Of a stretch of DNA of 64,000 nt, positions 14,530-29,291 are shown piece after piece. Position 1 is the stretch's first letter, and each line of letters begins with the position of its first letter. The notes beneath the pieces were generated by a model. The model was not told the origin of the DNA and searched no databases. It saw only the letters and a list, made by a program, of their open reading frames with translations. The DNA comes from Eledone cirrhosa (Eukaryota). The position numbers were made by a program, and so were the translations under genes. Location of the stretch: positions 224,750,001 to 224,814,000 of the forward strand of contig OZ024743.1 of the NCBI GenBank assembly GCA_964016885.1. The letters are read 5' to 3'.

Positions 14530-14712
14530 ATATCAATGAATTAATGAAGAATTTTGTGGATTTACTAAAATTATTAATTATTTCATTACTAAGCTAGTAA
14601 CTTAGGAAATAGTTCTTATATGAAATTACTTTGGAAGATTTAAATTTAAATAGGAACTCTTTAAAATGAGTGGTTTTGTTTCATTTTTCTGGGTTGGTAT
14701 CAAAAGGGTTAA
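14530..14712. mobile_element. End of a TTAA-type (piggyBac-like) non-autonomous element
   Basis: aattaatgaagaa...ggatttactaaaattattaattatttcattac...caaaagggTTAA; same block at 7330-7510, 13640-13812, 29410-29522, 31780-31912. Confidence 0.6.
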
Positions 14713-15777
14713 ATGATAAACCGGCTGGTGGAATTTGAGATGATGTTCTTGTCATTGTTGGCGGCTCATGTAACTGAAATATAACATGATGTTTATGAGA
14801 GATCATGGTTGTTTCAGTGCCTTAACCTTGCAGTCACCTGTGACAATGTTGTGAATGAGTGTCTTAGTGTACCTGAAATCTTTTCAAAGGGCACCACCAG
14901 CATTCTCTTTTGTAACATCTACTTGAGTATACATTTACCATTTTTTTATTTTCAGTTTTCTCTAATTAATTTCTCTTTAGCAAACCATATTTATCATTAT
15001 AATTGTATTTATGTGTAAATAAAATGTTATTAAGAAGATTTCCAAATGTAATTTTTAAAACAAATGTATAACAACTGGTCAGTTAAGATGTTTTGAAACG
15101 TGTACATATTATCCTTGACAACAATTGCACTAGTCTATTGGGCAAGACACAATCTTCAAATTTACAAAATAAGAACCAGGTAAAGTGTATGCTATAACAC
15201 ATACACATGTTTGCAGCTGTAGGTATATCTGCTCCACCCTGTCTACTATTATTGAAATTTGAATGTAAATGGAGAAAAGTAGAAAGAAGAGACAGGTGGA
15301 TTATACAACACTAATAAAATATAGCTAATTTCTGCAAAATAATTATTTAAAAGCAACAATACTATAAAGCTTTCTATCTTTGATTCTAATCAATCATGCT
15401 TTGGTACCAATATGCATCCATTCATCCATGGTCCCTGAACGTCTGATGGAGTAGTAATCTGGTGGAGTCCGACCCTCTCAAAGAAAGTGAGGAAGAAAGA
15501 CAGAGGAAAAATCCATGAAAGTATTGAAAATATTTATCTACCCTGAAATGATGAAAAGTAAAATTAACATTGGTGGGATTTGAATTCAGAGCATAGAGAG
15601 CTGGAATGAAAACTGCAAAGCATTCTATCTGTTCTAATGACTTTGCCAATCCTCCATCTCGATATACATAACTTTCACTTAAGTTTTTATTTCTTATCCA
15701 GAACAATAAACCTGAAACAACTGACCTAGTTAAACGACATATTATATGACTGGCATTAATAATTATATTGATTGTTC

Positions 15778-15819
<42 letters not shown>

Positions 15820-16152
15820 ATATATATATATATATATAAAATATATATATATATATATATAATATATATATATAATATATATATATATAAAATATATATA
15901 TATATAAAATTATATATATATATATATATAAAATATATATATATATAAAATATATATATATATAATATATATATATAATATATATATATATATATAAAAT
16001 ATATATATATATAAAATATATATATATATATATATAAAATATATATATATACTATATATATAATATATATATATATATATTATATAAAATATATATATAT
16101 ATACTATATATATAATATATATATATATATAATATATATATAATATATATAT

Positions 16153-16492
16153 ATCATCAACATCAACATTTTGCATCCGCTTTTCCCTGCTTGCAAGGGT
16201 GGGACGGGAACTGATTCTGGCTTGATTTCTACAGCTGGATGCCCTTCCTAACACCAACCTCATTTACAGTGAGTGCTGGGTGCTTTTTTGCCGTGGCACC
16301 TCCACAACCACTTTACAGAGGAATGATATGGACCCCAGTTCCTATCATCTCATTTCTACAGCTAAGTAAACTGGAGCAATGTGAAATAAAGTGTCTTCCT
16401 CAAGGAAACAACACATCACCCGGTCTGAGAATTGAACTCACAACCTTTCGATTGCAAGGCCAATGCTCTAACCACTAAGCCATGTGCCTCCA
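16153..16492 (-). mobile_element. tRNA-headed SINE, family B, with CORE-like middle and RTE-type tail
   Basis: A box tggcttagtgg, B box gttcaattc; closely matches 53860-54206; tail shared with the RTE 3' UTR. Confidence 0.85.
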
Positions 16493-16613
16493 TATATATA
16501 ATATATAATATATATAATATATATATATATATAATATATAATATATATAATATATAATATATATATATATATAATATATATATATATATAATATATAATA
16601 TATATATATATAT

Positions 16614-16648
<35 letters not shown>

Positions 16649-16846
16649 ATATATATATATAATATATATATATATAATATATATATATATAATATATATA
16701 TATATATAATATATAATATATATAATATATATATATATAATATATATAATATATAATATATATAATATATAATATATAATATATAATATATATAATATAT
16801 AATATATATATATATAATATATATATATATAATATATAATATATAT

Positions 16847-16877
<31 letters not shown>

Positions 16878-17062
16878 ATATATATATATATATATAATAT
16901 ATATATAATATATAATATATATATATATATATATATAATATTATATATATATATAATATTATATAATATATATATATATATATATATAATATATATATAT
17001 TTAATATATATATATAATATTATATATAATATATATATATATATATAATATATATATAATAT

Positions 17063-17160
<98 letters not shown>

Positions 17161-17486
17161 ATATATATATATATATAATATATATATATATAATATATAT
17201 ATATATTATATATATATATAATATATATAATATATATATATATATAATATATATATATATAATATATATATATATAATATATATATATATAATATATATA
17301 TATAATATATATATATAATATATATATATATATAATATATAATATATATATAATATATATATATGATTCATATGATTCCAGTTCCTCAGTGAAATAACAA
17401 CCCAACCAGGAACTGGGCATATCAGAGTATTGACAAAATTATACACCTAAACAACATATGTACTTGTCTATACCACACTAATTCAA

Positions 17487-17541
17487 ACTGCCTGAAGAGG
17501 TCACAGCCAAAGATGGCTGTCACCAAAATATATATAGCAGT
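17487..17541 (+). ncRNA. Minimal type I hammerhead ribozyme motif with G12>A, probably inactive
   Basis: actgc-CTGAAGA-ggtcacagcca(aaga)tggctgtcacc-AAAA-tatata-TA-gcagt, followed by aataaa. Confidence 0.7.
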
Positions 17542-17734
17542 AATAAACGAAGCTAAATTTTAAACATTTGACTTATCTATTTTACTTTATTTTACATTAC
17601 TCCGGAGTAACGAAACCAACCTGCGCACTTCGTCGAGTGCTCCAGCCTGCATATTGAGGTGTTGGTATACAACCAACATATACTCAAAATCTAATATATA
17701 TATATATATATAATATATATATATATATAATATA

Positions 17735-17774
<40 letters not shown>

Positions 17775-17837
17775 ATATGTATATATATATATATAGAACA
17801 TATATATATATATATAGAATATATGTATATATATATA

Positions 17838-17930
17838 TGTTGGAGACGCATGACATGGCAGCGATAATGAGGGACAGAGACCGCTGGAGAGAACTAGTCC
17901 ATGGATCTTGGGAATTTTACCCGCCCTAGA
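17838..17930 (+). mobile_element. Short RTE-like LINE 3' fragment in (TA)n
   Basis: Translates LETHDMAAIMRDRDRWRELVHGS, the RTE C-terminal DR..WR motif. Confidence 0.55.
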
Positions 17931-19206
17931 TATATATATATATATGGAAAAATCCTTTCATATATGTACACAAGATGTTTTCAAAAGGTATAAAAATATA
18001 TGATGAGTATATCAGCCTAGATGACACTAAACTTCTGAAACTTGACAAAATAGATACAGTTGATGAAGTTATTATTATGTGGTCCTTCAGAACAGTAAAC
18101 ATGTTTTTGAATAAAATACTTTACTTCATGTTGCTCCAGTCTACTCAACTAAAAGAGTTCCAGGAGCAGCAGAGGGTTAAATCTGTATTGGATTAGTGTT
18201 CTATCCAGGGAAGAGTCTTGTACTCTTTCTCTTGCTTAGTACTAATGAAACCTGGATAAGCTCCAGCTTGATAACTATCCAGGTTTGGGGTGGATTTTAA
18301 CCTTTTTATTTTTTAATCTACACACACACACAGCATATAAACAACTATAAATTCAGAAACTTAGTCTAAGCTTAAGATATCATCAAAGATGGTGTTATAT
18401 ATGAGTGAATCATATTTCTCTAAAAGCGCTCATATGTATATAAATATACACTCAGATGCATGTGTGCGTGTGAATACACATACAGACAATATTTTTATAT
18501 TGGAATATGAATTTCTTTAAATGGTACTAAATGTTCTCCAGTCATATTTGTTAATTGAATGAAACAATTCAAATATCAAATTAAGTATAACAATGACTTA
18601 GACTTATTACAAAATAAATTAAATAAATATGTATTTTCTGTTTGGTATTTTTCTAAAAGAGCCAATTCTGTACACATACCTACACAGAGGCACATACACA
18701 CACACATACACAGAAACACACAGAGATGCACATGCATGCACACAATATCTTTACAATGAAATATTAATTTTTTTTAATGGTACCAAGTGTTTTCCAGTTT
18801 TGTTTTGTTAACAGAATGAAATAAATTTGAATATGAAATTATATATAATAATGTTAAACTTATCAAATGAATAGAAAGAAACAGTGTGTTTTGTTTTTCT
18901 CTTTAGTTTAGTTAGGATAAGCAGATTGTAATAGTCTTTACATGATTGGATAGTGTTTTGGATTTGCTGAGTATCAAACATAATGACTGAAGGCTTATTT
19001 CAAGAAAAATCAAAGCTGAATTGATCACAGAACTTTCAGTAAATGATGTTTTTGAAGTCACCAAGATGAATGGATGAAAATAAAAAACACACATGAAAAT
19101 AAATATTTTAAATTAAAATTGAAAACTGATGACTAGAATGAAAGAATGAAAAAGGATGAAAAATGAAAGAAAAATATATTAATGAGAAAATTAGCATTAT
19201 GGAAAC

Positions 19207-19244
<38 letters not shown>

Positions 19245-19994
19245 AAAATAACAAAACAATAAGACAGATTGTGAAAGAAAAAAAAATATCTAAGCAAACC
19301 TAACATTTAAACTCACTGTTAAAACATATAAGACTGCAAATCTTGTGACTATCATTTCAGAAACAAGAATGAAATTTTGTGCCTGTCCTGTGTATATATA
19401 TATACTATGTAGATTGGACAAACTCCAGTCTGAAGACGACATAGGGAAGGGGGTGGGAGAGTGAGAAGTTTATTTGTATTTTCAATACCTACATTTTGGT
19501 AAGGATCATTACGATGCCCTTTTATTGGGTGATTCATGCTGCTACTATTTGTCACTATCTATCTATGCATTTATATATATATGCTCAAGTCTATATGATT
19601 CAGAGAGCTGACTTATCTCAAGGCTACAGTGACTAAATGTCTGTCAATTGTTTTTGTTGTAGTAGAGAGAAGTGGCAGAGTGGACCCAAAATACCTGAAA
19701 GCCTAGGAACCTGGTCATGGGTTAACGCAGCCCTGCATGCATGGATGCATACATATCAATTTACAATCAGAAAAAAAAAATGTATCCCCTTAACCCCTAA
19801 GATATAGAAAATCAAGGACTGAATATATTGGCACAACTCCTTTCTTAGGTCAAGGAGAGAAGAAAAAAAACTTTTAGAGATCATAAGAGAGTGAGAGAGC
19901 TTTACATGCTAGCCTTCCTGTATTACACAGATAGTGAAGTAAATTCTTAATAAGATAAATAAAACAGAGAGAGGTGGGAAACAAGTGGGAGGAG

Positions 19995-20408
19995 CAGGGC
20001 TGGCACTATCATTACAGTAACTAGGCAGCCGCTTAAAGTGTATATTTCGGAGAGGCACATTACTGAGCCTCAAAGGATAACAACTTTATACAAATTTATA
20101 TAAACAAATAAAATTCCCCATTATAAATAAATCATATGCTAAACATCTTTGTTGTATAGCAGCATTGTGGTAATACCCAAAGAGATGGTATGGGTCATAT
20201 GGTATTATGGCTTGTCAGATGATTTGTAGGTGGGTGTAGATTGTGTAATGGAATATGTAGGCCAAGGAAATTTCTTAGTGTGGTCAGAGCAAGAAATGTC
20301 AAGTACTTGGTTTGTCAGCTTACCAAGTTGAAATTATTTCATTTGGGGAGAATGGGAAGCATGCTATAGTGTTAGCCTAGAGGGCTGAATACCCTGATGC
20401 CAGCCCTG
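19995..20408. mobile_element. hAT-type MITE
   Basis: TIR cagggctggca / tgccagccctg; decayed flanks gggaggag / cggaggga. Confidence 0.6.
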
Positions 20409-20735
20409 CGGAGGGAAGATGATGCTAATTTAGTGGGGCATAATTCTAATCTAAAGAATATTTTTTTTTATCAAAACTCCTAGACAGCAGTTATAATTAT
20501 CGAGAGATTTACAGTTTTATCTTCTAGCAGTTTCTTCCTGTTTTCTCTCATTTAGTGCACTAGAGTAGCAGAAATGGTAAAAAATAATGACATTTTAAAT
20601 AACTTTTACAACTTGACAATTTGAAAAAACACAGCCTATTTTTTGAAGAATTCCTTTGAAATGATTAACCATTTTAAAACAAATAGGGTTGATATCTTCT
20701 GAAATATAAGTCAAATGATTATAATGCATAGGTCC

Positions 20736-20804
<69 letters not shown>

Positions 20805-21182
20805 TATCTACACACATATAAATATATATATACATATATACACACATATATATATACACATATAAATATATATATATAGATATATACACACATATATATA
20901 TATATACACACATATAAATATATATATATATACATATATATACACACATAAATATATATACATATATTCATATTATGAGCACAATAACAAATGTATATTA
21001 TTATATATACACATATATACATAAATATATATATATATATATATACACATATAAATATATATATATACTTATATTATTATGAGCACAACAACAAATATAT
21101 ATTATGATATATACATATATATACAAATATACATATATATAAATATATATAAATATATATATAAATATAAATATATATATAA

Positions 21183-21229
<47 letters not shown>

Positions 21230-21335
21230 TACATATATACAAATATACATATATATAAATATACATATATAAACATATATAAATATACATATATATATAA
21301 ACATATATATATATATATAAATATATATATAAATG

Positions 21336-21378
<43 letters not shown>

Positions 21379-21519
21379 GTATAAATATATATATTTATAT
21401 ATATATATATATATAAATATATATATTTATATATATATATAAATATATATATTTATATATATATATATTTATATATATACATACATATATATATATATAT
21501 ATATTCATATATATATATT

Positions 21520-21559
<40 letters not shown>

Positions 21560-22551
21560 CATATATATAAATACAGATATATATATATAAATACAGAAAT
21601 ATATATATATATATGTATATATATATACACACACATATATATATATATAAATATACCCATATATACATATACACACACATATACATATATATATACATAT
21701 AAATATATATATACATATAAATACATATATACATATAAATACATATATACATATCAATACATTTATACATATAAATATATTTATACATATAAATATATAT
21801 ATATATATAAATATATATATATACATAAATATATGCATATAAATATATACATATACATATAAATATATACATATATATATAAATATATATATATATACAT
21901 ATAAATATATACATATATATATAAATATATACATATACATATATATATATACATATACATATATATATAAATATATACATATACATATAAATATATACAT
22001 ATACATATATATATATATATATTTACATATATATTTATGTATATATATATATATATATATATACCTACATAAATATATATGTAAATATACATGTAAATAT
22101 ACATATATATATATATGATTATATATATAAATATACATACATATATATATGAATATATATATAAATATACATATATATATATATATACATATAAACATAT
22201 ATATATATATATATGAATATATATATAAATATACATATATATATATACATATAAACATATATATATATGTAAGGGAACAAAGAATCAGTGTTGCATATTA
22301 TATATATTGTAATATGTAATTACATATTACATATGTTTCACTGTAGATCAGCTCGAGGAATGATCTATTAATGATCAAACCTGACACTGGAATCAGAATC
22401 CCCTCAGGTATGTTATAACATGTAGACTAGCATCATATACCCACATTCATATGAATATGTATATATATATATATATATATACATACATATGAATATGTAT
22501 ATATATATATACACAAACATATGAATATGTATATATATATACACATATATA

Positions 22552-22593
<42 letters not shown>

Positions 22594-22747
22594 GTAATAT
22601 GTATATATATATATACACATATATATGAATATATATATATATATGAATATATATATATATATACACATACATATGAATATATATGGATGTATATATATGT
22701 ACATATACATGTACATATATATATATGTAAATATATATATATATATA

Positions 22748-22783
<36 letters not shown>

Positions 22784-23319
22784 TATACATGTATATATAT
22801 ATATAAATACATATATATATATGTGTGTAAACATATATATATATATATGTACATATATATATGTACATATACATGTGTATATATATATATAAATACATAT
22901 ATGTGTGTGTGTGTGTAAACATATATATATACACACATATACGCCATTATATCCATTTTACTTATATTTTGTGACAATAAAATATATATATATAGAAAAA
23001 AATAAAATACACAAAAGATGGTGTCCATCTACTAGCCAATTACTGCAGCTATTTCACTACAACTCCCTGCTGTGCAAATGCAGCATTAATCACCAGCTAG
23101 GAGCCGCACAACATGATTTGGACACATTACAGTTGATATTATTATCACAAAATGCCACAAAAATAAGAATATAATGATGTTTGTGTATACTAAAATTAGT
23201 CTATAACGTTGAAATTGCTTTAGTTTCAACACGTGTTCTCAAATAGAGTTACCTGACAAACACACACATATATGCATGTATATATGCATGAATGTATGTA
23301 TGTGTATATATATATATAC

Positions 23320-23360
<41 letters not shown>

Positions 23361-23740
23361 AATACAATATGTTGAATAGGTAACACACTAGAAAGAGATA
23401 GTGTGCCATCAATAAAACAGGGATTCCATACACTGGTGGTTTTCCCTGTTTTATTGATGGAGCACTCTATCTCTCTCCAGTGTGTTACCTTTTCAACATA
23501 TTGTATTTTAAAGAGCTCAGGATTCCTTCTCCTTTGAGCACATTATTGACAGGGAATAATGAGAGTCTATGGCTCCGTTAATTTATTTTGATATATATAT
23601 ATATATATATAATATCTGTATATATATATATATATACCTATACATATATACATAATGTAATATTTCCCTCTACTATGGAGTACTTTTATTGTGTGATTGC
23701 ATTTGCAATGATATATATATACACACACAAACACACACAA

Positions 23741-23814
<74 letters not shown>

Positions 23815-24111
23815 ATATATGTATGTTTATATTAGAAAACTAAAAATAAATATATAAATTCTTTGCTTCATTTGTTGAGATGCATCATCCCTGTTAATAA
23901 ATTTTAAATTAGGCATGTCTATCTCCTCCCCTCCTCTGTATGTATGTATATATATATATAAATGTGTATATATATGTATATATATGTATATATATGTATA
24001 TATATATATAGATATATCTATACACACATATATATATATATATAAATATATATATATATACACATATATCTATACACACATATATATATATATACACATA
24101 TATCTATACAC

Positions 24112-24142
<31 letters not shown>

Positions 24143-24160
24143 TATATATATACATATATA

Positions 24161-24191
<31 letters not shown>

Positions 24192-24339
24192 ATATACATA
24201 CATATATATGTATACATACATATATATATATGCATACATATATATATACATACATATATATATATGCATACATACATATATATACATACATACATATATA
24301 TACATACATACATATATATATACGTACATATATATATAC

Positions 24340-24376
<37 letters not shown>

Positions 24377-24449
24377 CATATATATAAATACATACATATA
24401 TATAAATACATACATATATATATACATACATACATATATATATATATAC

Positions 24450-24492
<43 letters not shown>

Positions 24493-24503
24493 CATATATA
24501 TAA

Positions 24504-24534
<31 letters not shown>

Positions 24535-24542
24535 CACATATA

Positions 24543-24654
<112 letters not shown>

Positions 24655-24655
24655 G

Positions 24656-24698
<43 letters not shown>

Positions 24699-24999
24699 TA
24701 TACATATATATATATACATGCATATATATCTATATATATATAATTAGATAGATATGTATGAATGTATAGTATATATATATAATACATTCATACATATCTA
24801 TCGAATTATATATATAGATATAGATGTGTGTGTATAAATAGTACTTAATAGTTCATAAAATAAAGTAGATCACATAAATTTATTGCAGAATAGCATACAG
24901 AGTACTAATAATGATATACTGTGATTTTATCAAAGACAAACTGTGTACAAATCACAAGTAAATTATAACTCTGTACACTAGCACAAAGAAACTCATGTA

Positions 25000-25046
<47 letters not shown>

Positions 25047-25064
25047 AAACACATATATACATGA

Positions 25065-25097
<33 letters not shown>

Positions 25098-25098
<1 letters not shown>

Positions 25099-25581
25099 CG
25101 GCGATGAATTAGTTTTGCGAGGTTTTTTGTATGAAATCGTGTGTCGAAACAAATATTGTTATACTTGGGGAGGGTCATATTTGTGTAATATTGCCAGAAT
25201 TAATAACAGAACACACTCACTGTTTGGTTGGTTTTCGCTTCTCGCTTCTGTGTCTTTTATATCGGTAATCTAACTTACTCGGTCCTCAATGTTGCCATTG
25301 ACTGACCGACGGTCAAAAATAACAGGAGAAAAATATAACACCACTGATGATGTTGCAGATGTGCAACGAAAGATTTATGATAAACTATATATATGTGTTT
25401 GTGTCTATATTGTATCTGTATTATTTTTGACCGTCAGTCAGTCAATGCCAACATTGAGGACCGAGTAAGTTAGATTACCGATATAAAAGACACAGAAGCG
25501 AGAAGCGAAAACCAACCAAACAGTGAGTGTGTTCTATTATTAATTCTGGCAATATTACACAAATATGACCCTCCCCAAGTA

Positions 25582-25585
<4 letters not shown>
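25098..25585. mobile_element. Fold-back element with 165-bp inverted arms and a hammerhead core in the spacer
   Basis: Arms 25158-25322 and 25421-25585 with about 3 mismatches; CTGATGA-t-gttgca(gatg)tgcaac-GAAA at 25344-25371. Confidence 0.75.
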
Positions 25586-25677
<92 letters not shown>

Positions 25678-26270
25678 TATTATATACATATATGTATACA
25701 TTTATATATACACATATATATATATATTTATATATATATATAACCATATGCAAATATCTATGAATACATAGACGTATCGAACTATTACATGGAAATAGAT
25801 GCACATAAAGAATGATGTGTTTACATGCATATATATATATATATATATATACATTATATAAATATACAACATTACAGTGACTAGGAGTGGGAAATATATA
25901 TATAAAAAAAGGTCTAAATACATAGTGTAAATATTTCAAAAGGTGTCAAAAAAAAATAACGAAAAAAAAACCAAAAAAAAAACCGATGGTAAATTAAAAG
26001 AACATGATTTTTTATGGGGAAAAATAAATAAAAAGAATTTCTACGAATTTATGATGAAGTAAAGTGTTAGTGGCATTGAATGGCACCCTAGTAGTCCATG
26101 GGGTACATCATCCAGATATTTTGAATAGCCAAGCATATCAGTAAACAGCATGCCCTCATCTTACCAGATGTATAAACAAGCAAGTGATTGGCAATGCTCA
26201 TGTATCACGGTGCTGAGCTGCTTAGGAAACCAGGAAATGAAGTGACTCCATACATACATACATACACATG

Positions 26271-26319
<49 letters not shown>

Positions 26320-26389
26320 ATTCACATATGTATATCTATGCATATGTGTGTATACATACATATAAATATATATATGTGAACATATATAC

Positions 26390-26447
<58 letters not shown>

Positions 26448-26658
26448 ACATATATATGAAAAGATTCAGGTTCCGACAGCTGAGCACTGTTTTTTTCGAC
26501 AGCTAGTTTGTATCTAGCTGTTGAAATGCTCGGAGCTCAACAGTTGGGTGGGGTCCTGAATCTTTTCATATTACCCACTCTACTACCCCAAGTATTGAGT
26601 ACTCTGGTGCGTTACGGTCCACCTGGTATCTTACCACACCGTCTTTGTTATATACACA

Positions 26659-26696
<38 letters not shown>

Positions 26697-26724
26697 ACAT
26701 ACATATATATATATATATATATAC

Positions 26725-26771
<47 letters not shown>

Positions 26772-26787
26772 CATACATATATATATA

Positions 26788-26837
<50 letters not shown>

Positions 26838-26840
<3 letters not shown>

Positions 26841-26919
26841 GGTATTCCCCCAAAATGTATACACACTTCAACAGCATTCTAATCAAAAACTGACGTATAC
26901 ATTTTTGGGGGACATCCTG
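26838..26919. mobile_element. 82-bp mariner-type MITE
   Basis: TIR cagggtattcccccaaaatgtatac / gtatacatttttgggggacatcctg; TA TSD. Confidence 0.75.
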
Positions 26920-27005
26920 TATATGATCACACACATACATAATTGTCTACACAAGCATGTATTGAGCATTTTGACTTTTATGCATGTAACATACAAACCA
27001 CAACT

Positions 27006-27051
<46 letters not shown>

Positions 27052-27608
27052 TATATATACACTCATTTCCCAACATATGAAGTTTATATATTACTATTTT
27101 ATATAACTCCATAAACATTACTATTAATATGATAACTAAGTGGAGATGGCTGAGAAGTTATGATGCTACTGTAAGTTCACTACACAATATACATACAGTA
27201 CATCATATACTTCTTATGCTAAACAAACAAACATTTAAAAATAACCAGCAAAACTTAGCCATAGAACTGGTTCTGTACAATAGTCTATGTATTGAATTGT
27301 TTTCTCCTTCTTAGCATAATAAATATGAATATATATATATACATACATGTATATGTACATCATCATCATATTTATACATGTACATATATATGCACACACA
27401 CATATATATATTTATGTATGTATGAATGAATATATGTATATATATATATGCAATATATATATATATGGATGTGTGTATATATGTATATCTTTATCCATAA
27501 CTATGTATACTTTATATATATATATATATACACACACATATAGATATGTCTATATATATATATACACACATATAGATATGTCTATATATACATATACATA
27601 TAGATTTG

Positions 27609-27658
<50 letters not shown>

Positions 27659-27710
27659 CATAGATATAGATATATATAGATATACACATAGATATGTGTA
27701 TGCATATATA

Positions 27711-27783
<73 letters not shown>

Positions 27784-27785
<2 letters not shown>

Positions 27786-27958
27786 ACTTATTTAATCCTA
27801 TAATATCTCCATTACTGTCAAAATCCAGGGCAAGAACTTCATCAATTGGCATTCGGTCACGATCTTTAAGCACCTGGCAAATTCTCTCCCAGCGATGCCG
27901 ATTGGCATACACAGCTTCTTCGCATGTTTTGCATTCGGCAAACATCCTTCCTAGAACA
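27784..27958 (-). CDS. PDE2A: PDE2A-like terminal coding exon
   Basis: ttttacag| acceptor; 175 nt to TAG; [57 protein letters not shown]; the NR..W motif closes the PDE domain. Confidence 0.9.
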
Positions 27959-28113
27959 CTGTAAAACAGAAAAGATTAGAAATCTACATGAATGAATCTA
28001 TATATATATATATATATATATCATTATCTCCCGACCATTCCCGCATCAAATGGAACAAAACCATCTAACCCATGCTAGCGTGGAAGATGGACGTTAAACG
28101 ATGATGATGATGA

Positions 28114-28167
<54 letters not shown>

Positions 28168-28419
28168 GAAAATCAATGAAAAATAGAAAAGTGGAAATAA
28201 AAAATTGAAAAATATAAAGTTGGAAAGATGATAAAATGGAAAAAGAGGAAAATTGAAATTAAAAATTAAAAAAATTATAATCTAAACATAAAATGAAGTA
28301 AAATAAAATAAAATATAAGGATTAGAAGAATATAAAGATGGTGGAGTTCATGGAATATGGGATTATAGAATATAATGTATGACATATGACATATAACACA
28401 CTGCTCGCTCTGATCGATT

Positions 28420-28650
28420 GACAAGATCCTAAACCTCATTCGCTTGCCGAGTGGAGTGGACCAAGGAAACAATGTTTCCATTGGTCTTTCCATTGCTGAT
28501 ACTATCTACCGGTAACAACTCCTGGCAGAAGGAGCAACGTGAAATAAAGTGTCTTGCTGAAGGACACAACACATTACCTGGTTCAAGAATTGAACTCACA
28601 ACCTCACAATTGTGAATCCATCTCTCTAACCACTAAGCCATGCACCTTCA
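28420..28650 (-). mobile_element. Decayed tRNA-headed SINE (family B head, different tail)
   Basis: tggcttagtggttaga head; tail block caatgtttccattggtctttccattgc also at 1922, 58512 and reversed near 42045. Confidence 0.6.
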
Positions 28651-29145
28651 CATAACATAAGAGTGCTGAAACATATGAAACAGATTGCTTTGATGCTGGG
28701 TTACTTGCAGTTAGTGAGGATTCGGGGGTTGCCAAGATATAGAATCTAGATGGGGTGGAGGTTTGATCAAAGGAACAGCCTGCTCATGAAATTTCTGTGT
28801 AACTGGCTGAGTATTCCACAAACATGTTCCACTTAATGTAATTCTCAAAGAGATTCAATGTGACACAGTGACACAGCACGTGACAAGATGACCAGGCTGG
28901 CCTGTTGAATTACAGGTAGAGTTCATCCAACAGGCTTCAAACTGTTTCTTTCTACCCCATTTCAGTTACAAGAGTTGGGCTCTCCTGTGACTATGGTAAA
29001 TAACATATGCCCAAGATGTCACACAGTAGGATTGAACCTAGAACTTTATGATTGTAAAGCAAATTTCTTATTCATTCAGCCATGCTGTGTTCAATAAATT
29101 TAAATAGTATAGTATCATTGACACAGTGGTCATTTCATTACTTAC

Positions 29146-29291
29146 TTGAAGACTGGCAAAGCAATATTATCTAGAAAACTAATTTGTTGTTCTGGGATCT
29201 TAGCACGTTCTCGGTCCATCATTTCAATTGGTTTGTGTCCTAAAGCTTTTTCAAGGTCACCCTGAGAGAAGAATTCTTGGTAAATCAGCCC
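29146..29291 (-). CDS. PDE2A: PDE2A-like exon 9 in window (invariant Gln and Phe clamp)
   Basis: ctag|...|gtaagt; 146 nt; [48 protein letters not shown](N). Confidence 0.97.

Noticed and set aside
25128-25160. Second hammerhead-like string tgtatga...GAAAcaaatattgTT
   Set aside because: Core lacks CUGA, helices I and II do not form, and it is antisense to the inferred element direction.
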